Source: Anaerotignum sp. (GTDB taxonomy: Bacteria; Bacillota; Clostridia; Lachnospirales; Anaerotignaceae). Taken from it: DNA of 64,000 nucleotides. Location of the stretch: assembly GCA_020024455.1 (NCBI GenBank), contig JAHHTU010000005.1, positions 1,460 to 65,459 on the forward strand, in the 5' to 3' direction. The translations under genes and the position numbers were made by a program. The notes beneath the pieces were generated by a model. That model had not been told where the DNA came from and made no database searches. It saw nothing but the letters and a program-made list of their open reading frames with translations. Below, one piece after another: positions 1 through 9,153 of this stretch. Numbering within the stretch: position 1 is the stretch's first letter; every line of letters starts with the position of its first letter.

Positions 1-2
1 GC

Positions 3-41
3 AAAGGTCTTGCAGCATACAAAGCAAAAGGCGGCAAATAA
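3..41 (+). CDS. Possible 3' end of a gene truncated by the window edge (KGLAAYKAKGGK*)
   Basis: Short open frame ending TAA at 41, followed by a bidirectional terminator; too short to identify. Confidence 0.3.
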   Translation, partial: KGLAAYKAKGGK

Positions 42-79
42 TTTGATTTTCCATTGAACATTGCTTTTTGATAAAAAAT

Positions 80-117
80 AAAACCAAGGGAAACAGCTTG
101 TTTCTCTTGGTTTTTTT
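80..117. terminator. Bidirectional intrinsic terminator
   Basis: aaaccaagggaaac-agctt-gtttctcttggttt hairpin with A/T runs, just beyond the trmL stop. Confidence 0.75.
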
Positions 118-121
118 ATGC

Positions 122-622
122 TCATTCCACCTCGGTCCAGCGATGGTGGTGCAACTCTCCTTGTTGTAACATATTCGGAAACCCTTGTTGTCTGCGTGCT
201 TCATACACCACAATCGCTACCGCATTGGACAAGTTCAAACTTCTTGCCGCCTCCAACATGGGAATACGAATAGAATGTTCCGGATATTGCAACAAAATTT
301 CCTCCGGAATACCGGCACTTTCCTTCCCAAACATAATGTAATCATTTTCACCATATGTGACGTCAGTGTATACGTGTTTTGCCTTTGTGGTTGCCAGCCA
401 CAAATTGGCATTTGGATTTTTTTCCAGAAAATCAGCAAAATTTTCATAATAACGGATATCCAATAAATTCCAATAATCCAATCCTGCTCGTTTCAAATAC
501 TTATCCTCTACCGAAAATCCCAGCGGTTGAATCAAATGCAACACCACATCTGTCACCGCACAAGTTCTTGCGATATTGCCTGCATTTTGTGGAATTTCAG
601 GCTCTAACAATACAACGTGCAT
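122..622 (-). CDS. trmL: tRNA (cytidine(34)-2'-O)-methyltransferase, SPOUT family
   Basis: EPEIPQNAGNIARTC, KRAGLDYW, FGKESAG and RSLNLSN motifs; aaggagg RBS; the second ATG gives better spacing. Confidence 0.95.
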   Translation of the reverse strand: MHVVLLEPEIPQNAGNIARTCAVTDVVLHLIQPLGFSVEDKYLKRAGLDYWNLLDIRYYENFADFLEKNPNANLWLATTKAKHVYTDVTYGENDYIMFGKESAGIPEEILLQYPEHSIRIPMLEAARSLNLSNAVAIVVYEARRQQGFPNMLQQGELHHHRWTEVE

Positions 623-702
623 CATACTCCTCCTTTTTTCCTATCATTTGTTCAAAATTTTAGCATAAAATTACATCAAATTCAATATTGCACAATTTTC
701 TC

Positions 703-731
703 TTGACGAATTCCTTATTGTATATTATTAT
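703..731 (+). promoter_or_regulatory. Sigma-A-type promoter for the Fur/PerR gene
   Basis: TTGACG-17 nt-TATTAT. Confidence 0.65.
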
Positions 732-765
732 TAAATAACAATAATTATTTGTTAGGAGGTTGCCT

Positions 766-1191
766 ATGAAAGAAACTGCTCAGATTTTACGAGAAAAAGG
801 CTTGAAGGTGACGCCTCAAAGAATTGCTGTTTATAATATGCTGCTCAATACCCATGAGCACCCCAATGCGGAAACCATATACCGCACATTGGAAGAAACC
901 AATCCTACCATGAGTTTAGCCACTGTTTATAAGACATTGGATTATTTCAAACATTTGGGGTTGGTGCAAGAATTAAATGTCGGTGAAGGTAGTGCACGTT
1001 ATGATGCAATCGTGCATTGTCACCCACACACGGTTTGTACTTGCTGTGGTGCAGTCACAGACTTGGATAACGTGGAATTGACCGATTTGCATAACAAACT
1101 TTCTGCACCATTGGATTTTGAAGTAGAATGTGAACAGTTAATTCTTTATGGTAAATGTGCAAAATGTTTGCATAATGCCGAAAGTGCCTAA
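766..1191 (+). CDS. perR: Fur-family regulator, PerR-like
   Basis: GLKVTPQR, HPNAE, SLATVYKTL, HxHxxCxxCG and C-terminal CxxC; aggagg RBS 6 nt before ATG 766. Confidence 0.85.
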   Translation: MKETAQILREKGLKVTPQRIAVYNMLLNTHEHPNAETIYRTLEETNPTMSLATVYKTLDYFKHLGLVQELNVGEGSARYDAIVHCHPHTVCTCCGAVTDLDNVELTDLHNKLSAPLDFEVECEQLILYGKCAKCLHNAESA

Positions 1192-1193
1192 CA

Positions 1194-1227
1194 AAAAATA
1201 CCACTCTTTTGAGTGGTATTTTTTTTA
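1194..1227. terminator. Bidirectional terminator between perR and gntR
   Basis: aaaaaataccactc-tttt-gagtggtatttttt. Confidence 0.85.
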
Positions 1228-1228
1228 C

Positions 1229-1915
1229 TCAATTTTTGCCTTCTTTGTTGCGTACTGCGTGTAATATAAATTCTGTATGGTATTTGATATGTCCCTGTGC
1301 AACGGTTGTGCCTTCGGCTGCGTCATGGCTTTCAATCGCACGAATGATGCTTTTGTGATGTGCCACAATCGCAGGAATAGAAGAATCCAGTTTCAAATGT
1401 GCCATACGATAACGATACAGCTGAATTTGCAGGTTTTTGAAAATCTGTATCAATTTTTCATTATCTGTCGCACCAAAAATCACATTGTGGAACTGTTCGT
1501 CAATATCTGCAATATCTTCCAATGATTTTTCTGCAATCGCTTTTTCAAATTTGCTTTCCAATGCTTTCAATTCTGTCAGTGTTTCCGGTGTCATATTTTT
1601 ACAAGCCAAACCGGTTGCCAGACCTTCCAAAACCCCTCTGACTTCCAAAATATTGATAATATCTTTTTCGCTCATATCCAACACTTGTGCGCCTTTTCTT
1701 GGCACCAATTCCACCAAATTTTCCAATTCCAGCATACGCAGTGCTTCTCTGACAGGTGTACGGCTTACGCCCAATTTTTCTGCCAACTGATTTTCCATCA
1801 ATCTTTCTCCCGGAACCAATTTCCCTGTCAAAATTGCATCACGCAAAGTGTTGAATACCACATCTCTCAATGGAAGATATTCATTGGAATTGATATTAAA
1901 TTTTGTGTCTGTCAT
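1229..1915 (-). CDS. GntR-family transcriptional regulator (FCD domain)
   Basis: PGERLxExQLAEKLGVSRTPVREAL wHTH and FCD motifs (DEQFH, HxxI); gaggag RBS before ATG 1915; overlaps the ispE stop. Confidence 0.92.
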   Translation of the reverse strand: MTDTKFNINSNEYLPLRDVVFNTLRDAILTGKLVPGERLMENQLAEKLGVSRTPVREALRMLELENLVELVPRKGAQVLDMSEKDIINILEVRGVLEGLATGLACKNMTPETLTELKALESKFEKAIAEKSLEDIADIDEQFHNVIFGATDNEKLIQIFKNLQIQLYRYRMAHLKLDSSIPAIVAHHKSIIRAIESHDAAEGTTVAQGHIKYHTEFILHAVRNKEGKN

Positions 1916-2813
1916 ACTGTTTTCTCCTCTCGTGCTTTTCCCGTGACACATGGTAAATCTTTGTCACAAATACATCTTTCATCGCAAATTTTTGTCTTAT
2001 CATTTTGGCTGCTTTTTTTGCAGTTTCTTTCTCTGTAAATAACGCAAACACAGTCGGGCCGCTTCCGCTCATCAATGTTCCCACCGCACCATGTTCCAAA
2101 AATGCTTGTTTGATTTCTGCAATTTTGGGTACCATCGGTATGGTCACATCTTCCAATACATTTGCCAACAACTGCCCAATTTTATCTACATCTTGTTGTG
2201 CAATGGCTTTCAACATGGCTTTTGTATCTGGGTGGTACTCCACCTTGTCCCATTGTAACGTTTGGTATACTTTTGCCGTAGACACCCCCACAGGCAATTT
2301 TGCCAACACCACATGGCAAATAGGACACGCAGGAGAAATATTGGTCAATTCCTCACCCAAACCTTTTGCCAAAACCGTTCCCCGTCTGACACAATAAGGA
2401 ATATCCGTCCCCATCGTCAAAGCCAATTCTTCCAATTTCCGACGAGAAAGCCCCAGTTTGCATAACTGATTGATGCCCACAAGCACCGCTGCACAGTCTG
2501 CACTGCCGCCGGCAAGCCCTGCTGCCACAGGAATTCTTTTGTCAATGCTAATGCAGAACCCTCCTTTGATGCCATATGTTTGCCGCATCAAATTTGCCGC
2601 ACGCCAAGCCAAATTCCTTTCATCTGTTGGCAACCAAGCCACATTGGCATACAAACGGATTTCATCTTCTGCAATCCGCTTGATTGTGATTTCGTCGTAT
2701 AGCCCCACAGTTTGCATAATCATTTCCAATTCGTGGTAACCATTTTCTCTTTTTCCTACGACATCTAATGTCAAATTGATTTTCGCTCGTGCTTTCAGCT
2801 TAATTTCTTCCAC
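1896..2813 (-). CDS. ispE: 4-diphosphocytidyl-2-C-methyl-D-erythritol kinase
   Basis: AKINLTLDV, GYHEL, KRIPVAAGLAGGSAD and MSGSGPTVF motifs. Confidence 0.96.
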   Translation of the reverse strand: MEEIKLKARAKINLTLDVVGKRENGYHELEMIMQTVGLYDEITIKRIAEDEIRLYANVAWLPTDERNLAWRAANLMRQTYGIKGGFCISIDKRIPVAAGLAGGSADCAAVLVGINQLCKLGLSRRKLEELALTMGTDIPYCVRRGTVLAKGLGEELTNISPACPICHVVLAKLPVGVSTAKVYQTLQWDKVEYHPDTKAMLKAIAQQDVDKIGQLLANVLEDVTIPMVPKIAEIKQAFLEHGAVGTLMSGSGPTVFALFTEKETAKKAAKMIRQKFAMKDVFVTKIYHVSREKHERRKQYDRHKI

Positions 2814-2984
2814 ACTATTCCCTCGTTTTTTTTATACTGTATACACTATTGTACCGAAATTTACACAAAGAAACAAGACACAGATTATACAAAAAAATAC
2901 AACTTCTTCTGTCAAAAAATGCTTAATCCTTTGAGAATCGGTTTGATTTTATCCATTTTTTGAAAAAAATTATTGTATTTTACC

Positions 2985-3017
2985 AAAAAAGACCACATCA
3001 AAGAAATGTGGTCTTTT
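2985..3017 (-). terminator. Terminator after lysC
   Basis: aaaagaccacat-loop-atgtggtctttt. Confidence 0.75.
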
Positions 3018-3033
3018 CCAAAAAATGTATGGC

Positions 3034-4260
3034 TTATTCCGCTCTCATATTCACAGATGCCAACTTAAATCTATCATGTACAGCAATCATTGCTTCGTCT
3101 ACGTCTTTTTTGGCAATCAACAATGTGATTTTGATTTCAGATGTGGAAATCATTTGAATATTCACACCTGCATCATACATCGCTTCAAAGAACATCGCTG
3201 CAACACCGGGGTTGCTTGCCATACCCGCACCCACAACAGAAAGTTTTGCAACATCATCATCATGTGCAATTTCTTGTGCAGTCAGGCGTTCTTTGTTTTC
3301 TTCCAATGCTTTCAATGCAATATCCAAATCATCTGTTCCAATGGTAAAGGAAATATCCTGTCTGCCTTCATGCCCTGTGGATTGCAAGATAATATCCACA
3401 CTGACTTTTTCTCTTGCCATCAAATCAAAGATTTCAAATGCTTTTCCGGGTTCGTCTTTGATACCCATGATTGAAATACGAGACACATTTTTATCCGCTG
3501 CAACGCCGCTTACCAGCATTCTTTCCATTTTGCAATCCTCCTTCACTTCTGTACCTTTTGCATTTGTCATACTGGAACGTACCACCAGTTTTACATTGTA
3601 TTTTTTTGCAACTTCTACGGAGCGACCATGTAATACTTTTGCACCCAAAGATGCTAATTCTAACATTTCGTCGTAACTGATTTCGTCCAATTTTCTTGCA
3701 TCTTTGACAATACGAGGGTCAGCTGTGTATACACCTTCCACGTCTGTATAAATTTCACAAAGGTCTGCGTGCAACGCTGCTGCCAATGCGACTGCGGACG
3801 TATCAGAACCACCACGTCCCAATGTGGTCACATCGCCCAAGCTGTTTATCCCTTGGAAGCCTGTAACCAACACAATGTTGCCTCTTTCCAATTCATTTTC
3901 AATACGTTCTGCATGAATTTTTTTAATTCTTGCATTACTATAAGCATTTGTTGTTTCAATGCCCACCTGTGTCGCATTCAAAGAAACTGCTCTGCTGCCC
4001 AAAGCATTGATTGCCATTGCCATCAACGCCACAGACTGCTGTTCCCCTGTTGACAACAACATATCCATTTCTCTACGGCTTGGTGTCGGATTGATTTCTT
4101 TTGCTTTTGCAATCAAACCATCTGTGGTTTTGCCCTGTGCAGACAGTACCACAACCATGTCATTTCCAGCCTCTTTTGCCGCAATAATCTGCTTTGCAAC
4201 ATGAAAGACTCTTTCAGCGTCAGCAACAGAACTGCCGCCATATTTTTGCACAATCAACAT
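3034..4260 (-). CDS. lysC: Aspartate kinase (monofunctional, two ACT domains)
   Basis: VQKYGGSSVAD, TTLGRGGSDTSA, TDVEGVYTADPR and ISTSEIK motifs. Confidence 0.95.
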   Translation of the reverse strand: MLIVQKYGGSSVADAERVFHVAKQIIAAKEAGNDMVVVLSAQGKTTDGLIAKAKEINPTPSRREMDMLLSTGEQQSVALMAMAINALGSRAVSLNATQVGIETTNAYSNARIKKIHAERIENELERGNIVLVTGFQGINSLGDVTTLGRGGSDTSAVALAAALHADLCEIYTDVEGVYTADPRIVKDARKLDEISYDEMLELASLGAKVLHGRSVEVAKKYNVKLVVRSSMTNAKGTEVKEDCKMERMLVSGVAADKNVSRISIMGIKDEPGKAFEIFDLMAREKVSVDIILQSTGHEGRQDISFTIGTDDLDIALKALEENKERLTAQEIAHDDDVAKLSVVGAGMASNPGVAAMFFEAMYDAGVNIQMISTSEIKITLLIAKKDVDEAMIAVHDRFKLASVNMRAE

Positions 4261-4276
4261 CTTCTACTTCCTCCTG

Positions 4277-5182
4277 TCATTCTGTCACGACTGTTGCACC
4301 CTCTTTGTCGGCAGATAACAACGTCAACTGCCAATCATCGGGAAGAGTTTGCAAATAGGTGGACATTTTATTTCGGAACTCTTCTGCGTGTTCTTTTGTC
4401 ACCATTGCCATCAACGTAGAGCCTGCCCCACTTAAATAACAAGCAATCGCACCACATTTTTTTGCATTTCCAAAAATTTCTTCCATATGCGGAATTAACA
4501 CTTTGCGATATGGTTGATGAATTTTATCGTCCATGGCAACTTCCAAATTTTCATATTTTCCTGTTAAAATAGATGCCACCAGTAATGCTGCCCTTGACAC
4601 ATTATACACAACATCTTGTCTGTCGTAATGCGGTGGCAAAACACTTCTGGAACTCTTTGTAGAAACAGGAAAATTTGGCACTATTATAGCAAATAATAAA
4701 TCGTCGGGCAACTCTAAACGCACATATTCCATACTTTTTTCTGTCAAAACGCCTGTAACCATGCTTCCAAAAAAAGCAGGATTGGAATTATCGGGGTGTC
4801 CTTCGATTTTTGCTGCCATTTTTGCCAAATCATCTTTTGTGTACGGATTGCCTGCCAATGTATTTGCTGCCAAAAGTCCTGCCACAATACAAGCTGCACT
4901 GCTGCCCAATCCTCTTGCCATCGGAATATCATCGAATTGCGTCAAACGCACGGCAGGCATTGGTTTGCCCAATGTTTCAAAAAACTGTTGCATGGTTTGA
5001 TAAATCAAATTTTTTTCATCTGTGGGAATTGCAATACTCTGTTCTTTTTTGATGATAATTTCAAACCCTTGCTCTATCGGCTCCACTTCCAAATAATTGT
5101 ATAGCTGCACCGCAACACCAATGCTGTCAAACCCCGGCCCCATATTTGCCGAAGTTGCCGGCACTTTTACTTTTACTTTCAT
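4277..5182 (-). CDS. thrB: Homoserine kinase
   Basis: VPATSANMGPGFD, PMARGLGSSAA, EGHPDN and LSGAG motifs; ggaggg RBS before ATG 5182. Confidence 0.95.
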   Translation of the reverse strand: MKVKVKVPATSANMGPGFDSIGVAVQLYNYLEVEPIEQGFEIIIKKEQSIAIPTDEKNLIYQTMQQFFETLGKPMPAVRLTQFDDIPMARGLGSSAACIVAGLLAANTLAGNPYTKDDLAKMAAKIEGHPDNSNPAFFGSMVTGVLTEKSMEYVRLELPDDLLFAIIVPNFPVSTKSSRSVLPPHYDRQDVVYNVSRAALLVASILTGKYENLEVAMDDKIHQPYRKVLIPHMEEIFGNAKKCGAIACYLSGAGSTLMAMVTKEHAEEFRNKMSTYLQTLPDDWQLTLLSADKEGATVVTE

Positions 5183-5222
5183 TGTACACACCCTCCGTTC
5201 TGTTCTGTCAAGGGACAAAAGA

Positions 5223-5253
5223 AAAAGTATGCCGTATCAACGGCATACGCTTT
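5223..5253 (-). terminator. Terminator-like hairpin between thrR and thrB
   Basis: Minus strand reads gtatgccgt-tgat-acggcatac followed by ttttt. Confidence 0.6.
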
Positions 5254-5257
5254 GCCA

Positions 5258-5701
5258 TTATTCTCTACCAATAATACTAATGGATTGTACGCCCTGCATT
5301 TTTTCTAATTGCAGCATCAATCTGCCAAATTCTCCCTGCATTTCATTTGTTTCAATGGTAATGGTCACATTGGCAATCCCATTGATGGGAATGGTCTGGT
5401 TGATGGTCAATATATTTGCACCTTCTGTGGCAATACAGTTTAATACCGTTGACAACAGCCCCGGCGTATCATCTAAATTGGTTGCAATGGTAACGGTTTT
5501 TCCTCTTGTATTTTCATACAGAGGGTGTACCGCATCTCTGTATTTGTAAAATGCACTGCGGCTAATGCCCACACGACTGACTGCATCTTGTACTGTTTTT
5601 TCTTTTTTACTTTCTAACAGATTTTTCACTTCCATTACCTTCAAAAAAATTTCTGGCAATACACTTTTGTCCACAATAAAGAAATTTTTATCTTCTTTCA
5701 T
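5258..5701 (-). CDS. thrR: ACT-domain regulator, ThrR/PheB (YszB) family
   Basis: VLPEIFLKV, GISRSAFYKYRD HTH and NILTINQTIP ACT domain; upstream of thrB-lysC. Confidence 0.88.
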   Translation of the reverse strand: MKEDKNFFIVDKSVLPEIFLKVMEVKNLLESKKEKTVQDAVSRVGISRSAFYKYRDAVHPLYENTRGKTVTIATNLDDTPGLLSTVLNCIATEGANILTINQTIPINGIANVTITIETNEMQGEFGRLMLQLEKMQGVQSISIIGRE

Positions 5702-5756
5702 GAGTTTTCTCCCCTTTGTTGTTTTTGTATTGCATACATTTGTTCCCAATACAAGG

Positions 5757-5785
5757 AATATACCATATTCTGCAACACGTTTCAA
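5757..5785 (-). promoter_or_regulatory. Sigma-A-type promoter for the thrR operon
   Basis: Minus strand TTGAAA-17 nt-TATATT with extended TG. Confidence 0.55.
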
Positions 5786-5899
5786 CATGGTTTTCTGTGT
5801 TTTTTCATAAACAAAATACTTTCTGTCTTTTGCACAAAAACCTTTTTCTTTTTTTGTCTTTCTTTTGTATAATTGCCAATTGTTTTTTCTATGCAATTC

Positions 5900-5928
5900 T
5901 TCACAATTTTTTGTTTTTCTGTTACAAT
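5900..5928 (+). promoter_or_regulatory. Sigma-A-type promoter for the gene cluster starting at 5986
   Basis: TTCACA-17 nt-TACAAT with TGn extension. Confidence 0.5.
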
Positions 5929-5985
5929 AAAAGATAATGATTTTTTATCAAGAAACCCAAAACCAATAAGGAGCTTTTTATTTTT

Positions 5986-7545
5986 ATGGATACAAATACC
6001 TCTGTTTCAGATGTTGCAAAACTGTTGGAACTTTTTACAACGGAATACGAAAAGTATTTTTCACATATGGATACCACAGTACAAAAACCTTTGCTCCATC
6101 TTGCACCATTGGTGTTTGCAAAATGGTTTGATACCGCACTGGCAGAAGAAACCATACTCACCCCTGCAAACATCATCAACATGGAACTGGCAGACGAAAA
6201 AACAGAAGAACTGGCATATGTTTTGCACGTTGATGCAGAAAAACAAGGCTTGCAAAAATATCGTTTTTCTCTGGAACGTTACACCCTGAACAATCACCCT
6301 TTTCTTGCCGATTTGCAAACGGTATTGCGTTTTTGTCTACCGGATAAAACGGTGCAGGAAGATGGATTGCTTTTTGCAGAAGATGCAGACACTTGCAAAA
6401 AACAACTGCATTTTTCCGATGATTTTTATTTAGAGTATCTTATGCGGTTATGTTATCAGTTGCAACTTTTCGAAACACTGCCGGCAATACACACCCATAA
6501 GATTACGAAATCATCTTCTTGTGAAACATTTTTTGCCCAAGACAGCAAAACCATATTGCATACATTGCTTGTGGAAGGTTGTATATTAGCCGCTGAGCGT
6601 TTTCATACCATTATGAGTTTGGAGGCAGGCACGATTGACCATACTTTCTTTTATGCGTATTTAACAGACCACCAAGAAATTGACCATATTTTTACGGATT
6701 TTTATGAGCAAGTCGGCATGGATTTGGCACCCATTTGGGAAAAATCTCCCGAAACATTATCATCAGAAGAACAGGCGATTCTTTCTTCTGTGGTATTTGC
6801 AGGTATCATGCTTTCCAAATGGTTCATCACGCCCATGAGTTTGTTTTTGCGTGTGATACGCCCCATACACTTTACCCCCACAAGGTTTTACCAAACCATA
6901 AACAATTTATCTGCATTATTGATTATGCAACATAATGTGGGGGCGGAACTGTTCACACCCCCCACATATTATAGTTTGACTGCTTTGGGTATGGCACTCA
7001 CTGCGGGGGAAAAAGTTGGCGAAAACAAACAAAAAATGCCACGCTCCATACCATTTGCACAATTATTGGAAGTCATCGCACCGGAAAACGAATTGCGTTT
7101 GTTTGAGGAAATGTTGCGTTGTGAAACCATACCGCAAATTTATACATTTCATGTTGTGATGCAACAGGAGCAAACCCTTTGGAAAACCGTAGAAGTTTCC
7201 GTAGACCATGCATTGCATGATTTTTGTTGTGATATTTGCTCTGCATTTTGCATGGACGATGTCACAGACTACGTCTTGTCTGTACCAAACGAAACAGGAT
7301 TTCCCATGTATTATGCACCGGCGTTTTCCAAGCGTGCCATCAACAAAACAAATACAATGATATTGCAGGATTTACACCCCACACAAGACACTGTGTGGAC
7401 GCTCACGCCGCAACAGGACAAACACATGACTTTGACCATCACATTACAAAAAAGCGAATCGGGCAGTCCCTATCGTATGTATCCCCGTGTCAAAGCCCAA
7501 AGCGAAAAAATATCCGCCTTGGAAGATATAGACGAAATTTACTAA
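5986..7545 (+). CDS. Hypothetical protein; C-terminus resembles the pRiA4b ORF-3-like domain
   Basis: 519-aa ORF with aaggag RBS; C-terminal IYTFHV...LWKTVEV...LHDF...I..AF pattern; domain call is tentative. Confidence 0.75.
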   Translation: MDTNTSVSDVAKLLELFTTEYEKYFSHMDTTVQKPLLHLAPLVFAKWFDTALAEETILTPANIINMELADEKTEELAYVLHVDAEKQGLQKYRFSLERYTLNNHPFLADLQTVLRFCLPDKTVQEDGLLFAEDADTCKKQLHFSDDFYLEYLMRLCYQLQLFETLPAIHTHKITKSSSCETFFAQDSKTILHTLLVEGCILAAERFHTIMSLEAGTIDHTFFYAYLTDHQEIDHIFTDFYEQVGMDLAPIWEKSPETLSSEEQAILSSVVFAGIMLSKWFITPMSLFLRVIRPIHFTPTRFYQTINNLSALLIMQHNVGAELFTPPTYYSLTALGMALTAGEKVGENKQKMPRSIPFAQLLEVIAPENELRLFEEMLRCETIPQIYTFHVVMQQEQTLWKTVEVSVDHALHDFCCDICSAFCMDDVTDYVLSVPNETGFPMYYAPAFSKRAINKTNTMILQDLHPTQDTVWTLTPQQDKHMTLTITLQKSESGSPYRMYPRVKAQSEKISALEDIDEIY

Positions 7546-7573
7546 ACATTAAACAAAGAAAGGATTTTGCGTT

Positions 7574-8680
7574 ATGCACACCGAACCTATGATGCACCAA
7601 CATGGTGGCGATTTAGATGCCATCGAACGCAACTATGGTATCCCCAAGAATGAAATCTGGGATTTTAGCGGCAATATCAATCCGCTTGGATTTCCACAAT
7701 CTGTAAAAACTGCACTTGCCCAAAATTTGGACATCATTTGCACATACCCCGACAAGCATTACACCGCATTGCGTCAGGCGATTGCAGGCTATACAGGGGC
7801 AAATCCTGCACACATTGTGGTAGGCAATGGCTCTACGGAATTGATTGGCACATTCATCAAAACCGTAAATGCCAAAAAAAGCATCATTTTAGGCCCCGCA
7901 TACAGCGAATATGAAAGAGAAGTTTCGCTCACCGGCGGCACATTTGATTATTTTCCCCTTTGTGCAGAACAGGACTTTGTCATTGATTTGGAAAAACTGT
8001 TGCAAACATTGACACCCGAAATCGGTATGTTTGTTGCCTGCAATCCAAACAATCCCACAGGCTCTGCATTGACCGTGGCACAACTGCGTCAAATCCTTGC
8101 ACATTGTAAAGCCATTGGGGCATCTGTGATGATTGACGAAACATACATCGAATTTTCCGACAATTTGGAAGAAATCTGTGCCATTCCTTTGGTTGCGGAA
8201 TTTGATAATTTGTTTGTCATTCGTGGAACATCAAAATTCTTTGCCGCTCCCGGTATCCGTTTGGGCTATGGCATTTCCTCCAATTCAGCGTTTCTCAACC
8301 GCTTGAAAACCAACCAAGACCCTTGGAGTGTCAACAGCCTTGCGGCATTTGCCGGAGAACGTTTATTTTTGGATACCGATTTCCACAACCAAACAAAACA
8401 GTTGATTTCCACAGAACGCAAAAAAGCATTTGATGAAATTGCCACATGGAAACAGATGAAAGCATATCCTTCTTCTGCCAATTTCATATTATTAAAACTG
8501 TTGACACCAAATATCAGTGCCGCACAGATATTTGAAACACTGATTGTCAAAAAATTGCTCATTCGTGATGCATCTAGTTTTGCATTTTTGGACGAAACCT
8601 TTTTGCGTTTTTGTATCCTAAATCCAGAGCAAAATCAAACCCTTTTGCAAGAGTTGAAAAAACTGGTAGAACAAGCGTAA
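7574..8680 (+). CDS. cobD: PLP-dependent class I/II enzyme, threonine-phosphate decarboxylase CobD-like
   Basis: HGGD, DFSGNINPLG, GNGSTELI, NPNNPTG, DETY and TSKFFAAPGIRLGY motifs. Confidence 0.8.
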   Translation: MHTEPMMHQHGGDLDAIERNYGIPKNEIWDFSGNINPLGFPQSVKTALAQNLDIICTYPDKHYTALRQAIAGYTGANPAHIVVGNGSTELIGTFIKTVNAKKSIILGPAYSEYEREVSLTGGTFDYFPLCAEQDFVIDLEKLLQTLTPEIGMFVACNPNNPTGSALTVAQLRQILAHCKAIGASVMIDETYIEFSDNLEEICAIPLVAEFDNLFVIRGTSKFFAAPGIRLGYGISSNSAFLNRLKTNQDPWSVNSLAAFAGERLFLDTDFHNQTKQLISTERKKAFDEIATWKQMKAYPSSANFILLKLLTPNISAAQIFETLIVKKLLIRDASSFAFLDETFLRFCILNPEQNQTLLQELKKLVEQA

Positions 8681-8751
8681 AAATCTGACAATGTATTTTG
8701 ATTGAAAACGGATATCATAAACTCAGAATAACAGACTCTGAGGTGATTGAT

Positions 8752-9153
8752 GTGATACAAACCATCAGCCGCAAAACACTTTGCGGCTATTTTTCTCTTT
8801 TGCGACAAACACTGCAAGACTTTCAAATGCCCCATAACGTGATATTTTTGAACAGTCGGGCATTTTATTGCCATACGGCAGATTTGCCTTGCGGAGATAC
8901 CACAATCGGCAACATTCTGACAGACATGGAATGTTGTATTCCGTTTGCGTGCAGTGAACATACATGGAAACAGTTTTGCAATAACACATGGAAAACAGAA
9001 CATTTTTTGGAAAGCAGTAAAGCAGATTTTTTATTGTTATTGCTTTCCGCTCTGCCCGATGATACCCATTGGCAAGCATTGTTTTGTTTGTGCGAAAATT
9101 TAAGAAAAAAACATATGGAGAAAGGTGACCAAAACCATGAAACCCTATCTTGA
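8752..9153 (+). CDS. Hypothetical protein (Cys-rich)
   Basis: Fills the gap between cobD and the radical SAM gene; gaggtg RBS before GTG 8752; overlaps the next start. Confidence 0.6.
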   Translation: MIQTISRKTLCGYFSLLRQTLQDFQMPHNVIFLNSRAFYCHTADLPCGDTTIGNILTDMECCIPFACSEHTWKQFCNNTWKTEHFLESSKADFLLLLLSALPDDTHWQALFCLCENLRKKHMEKGDQNHETLS

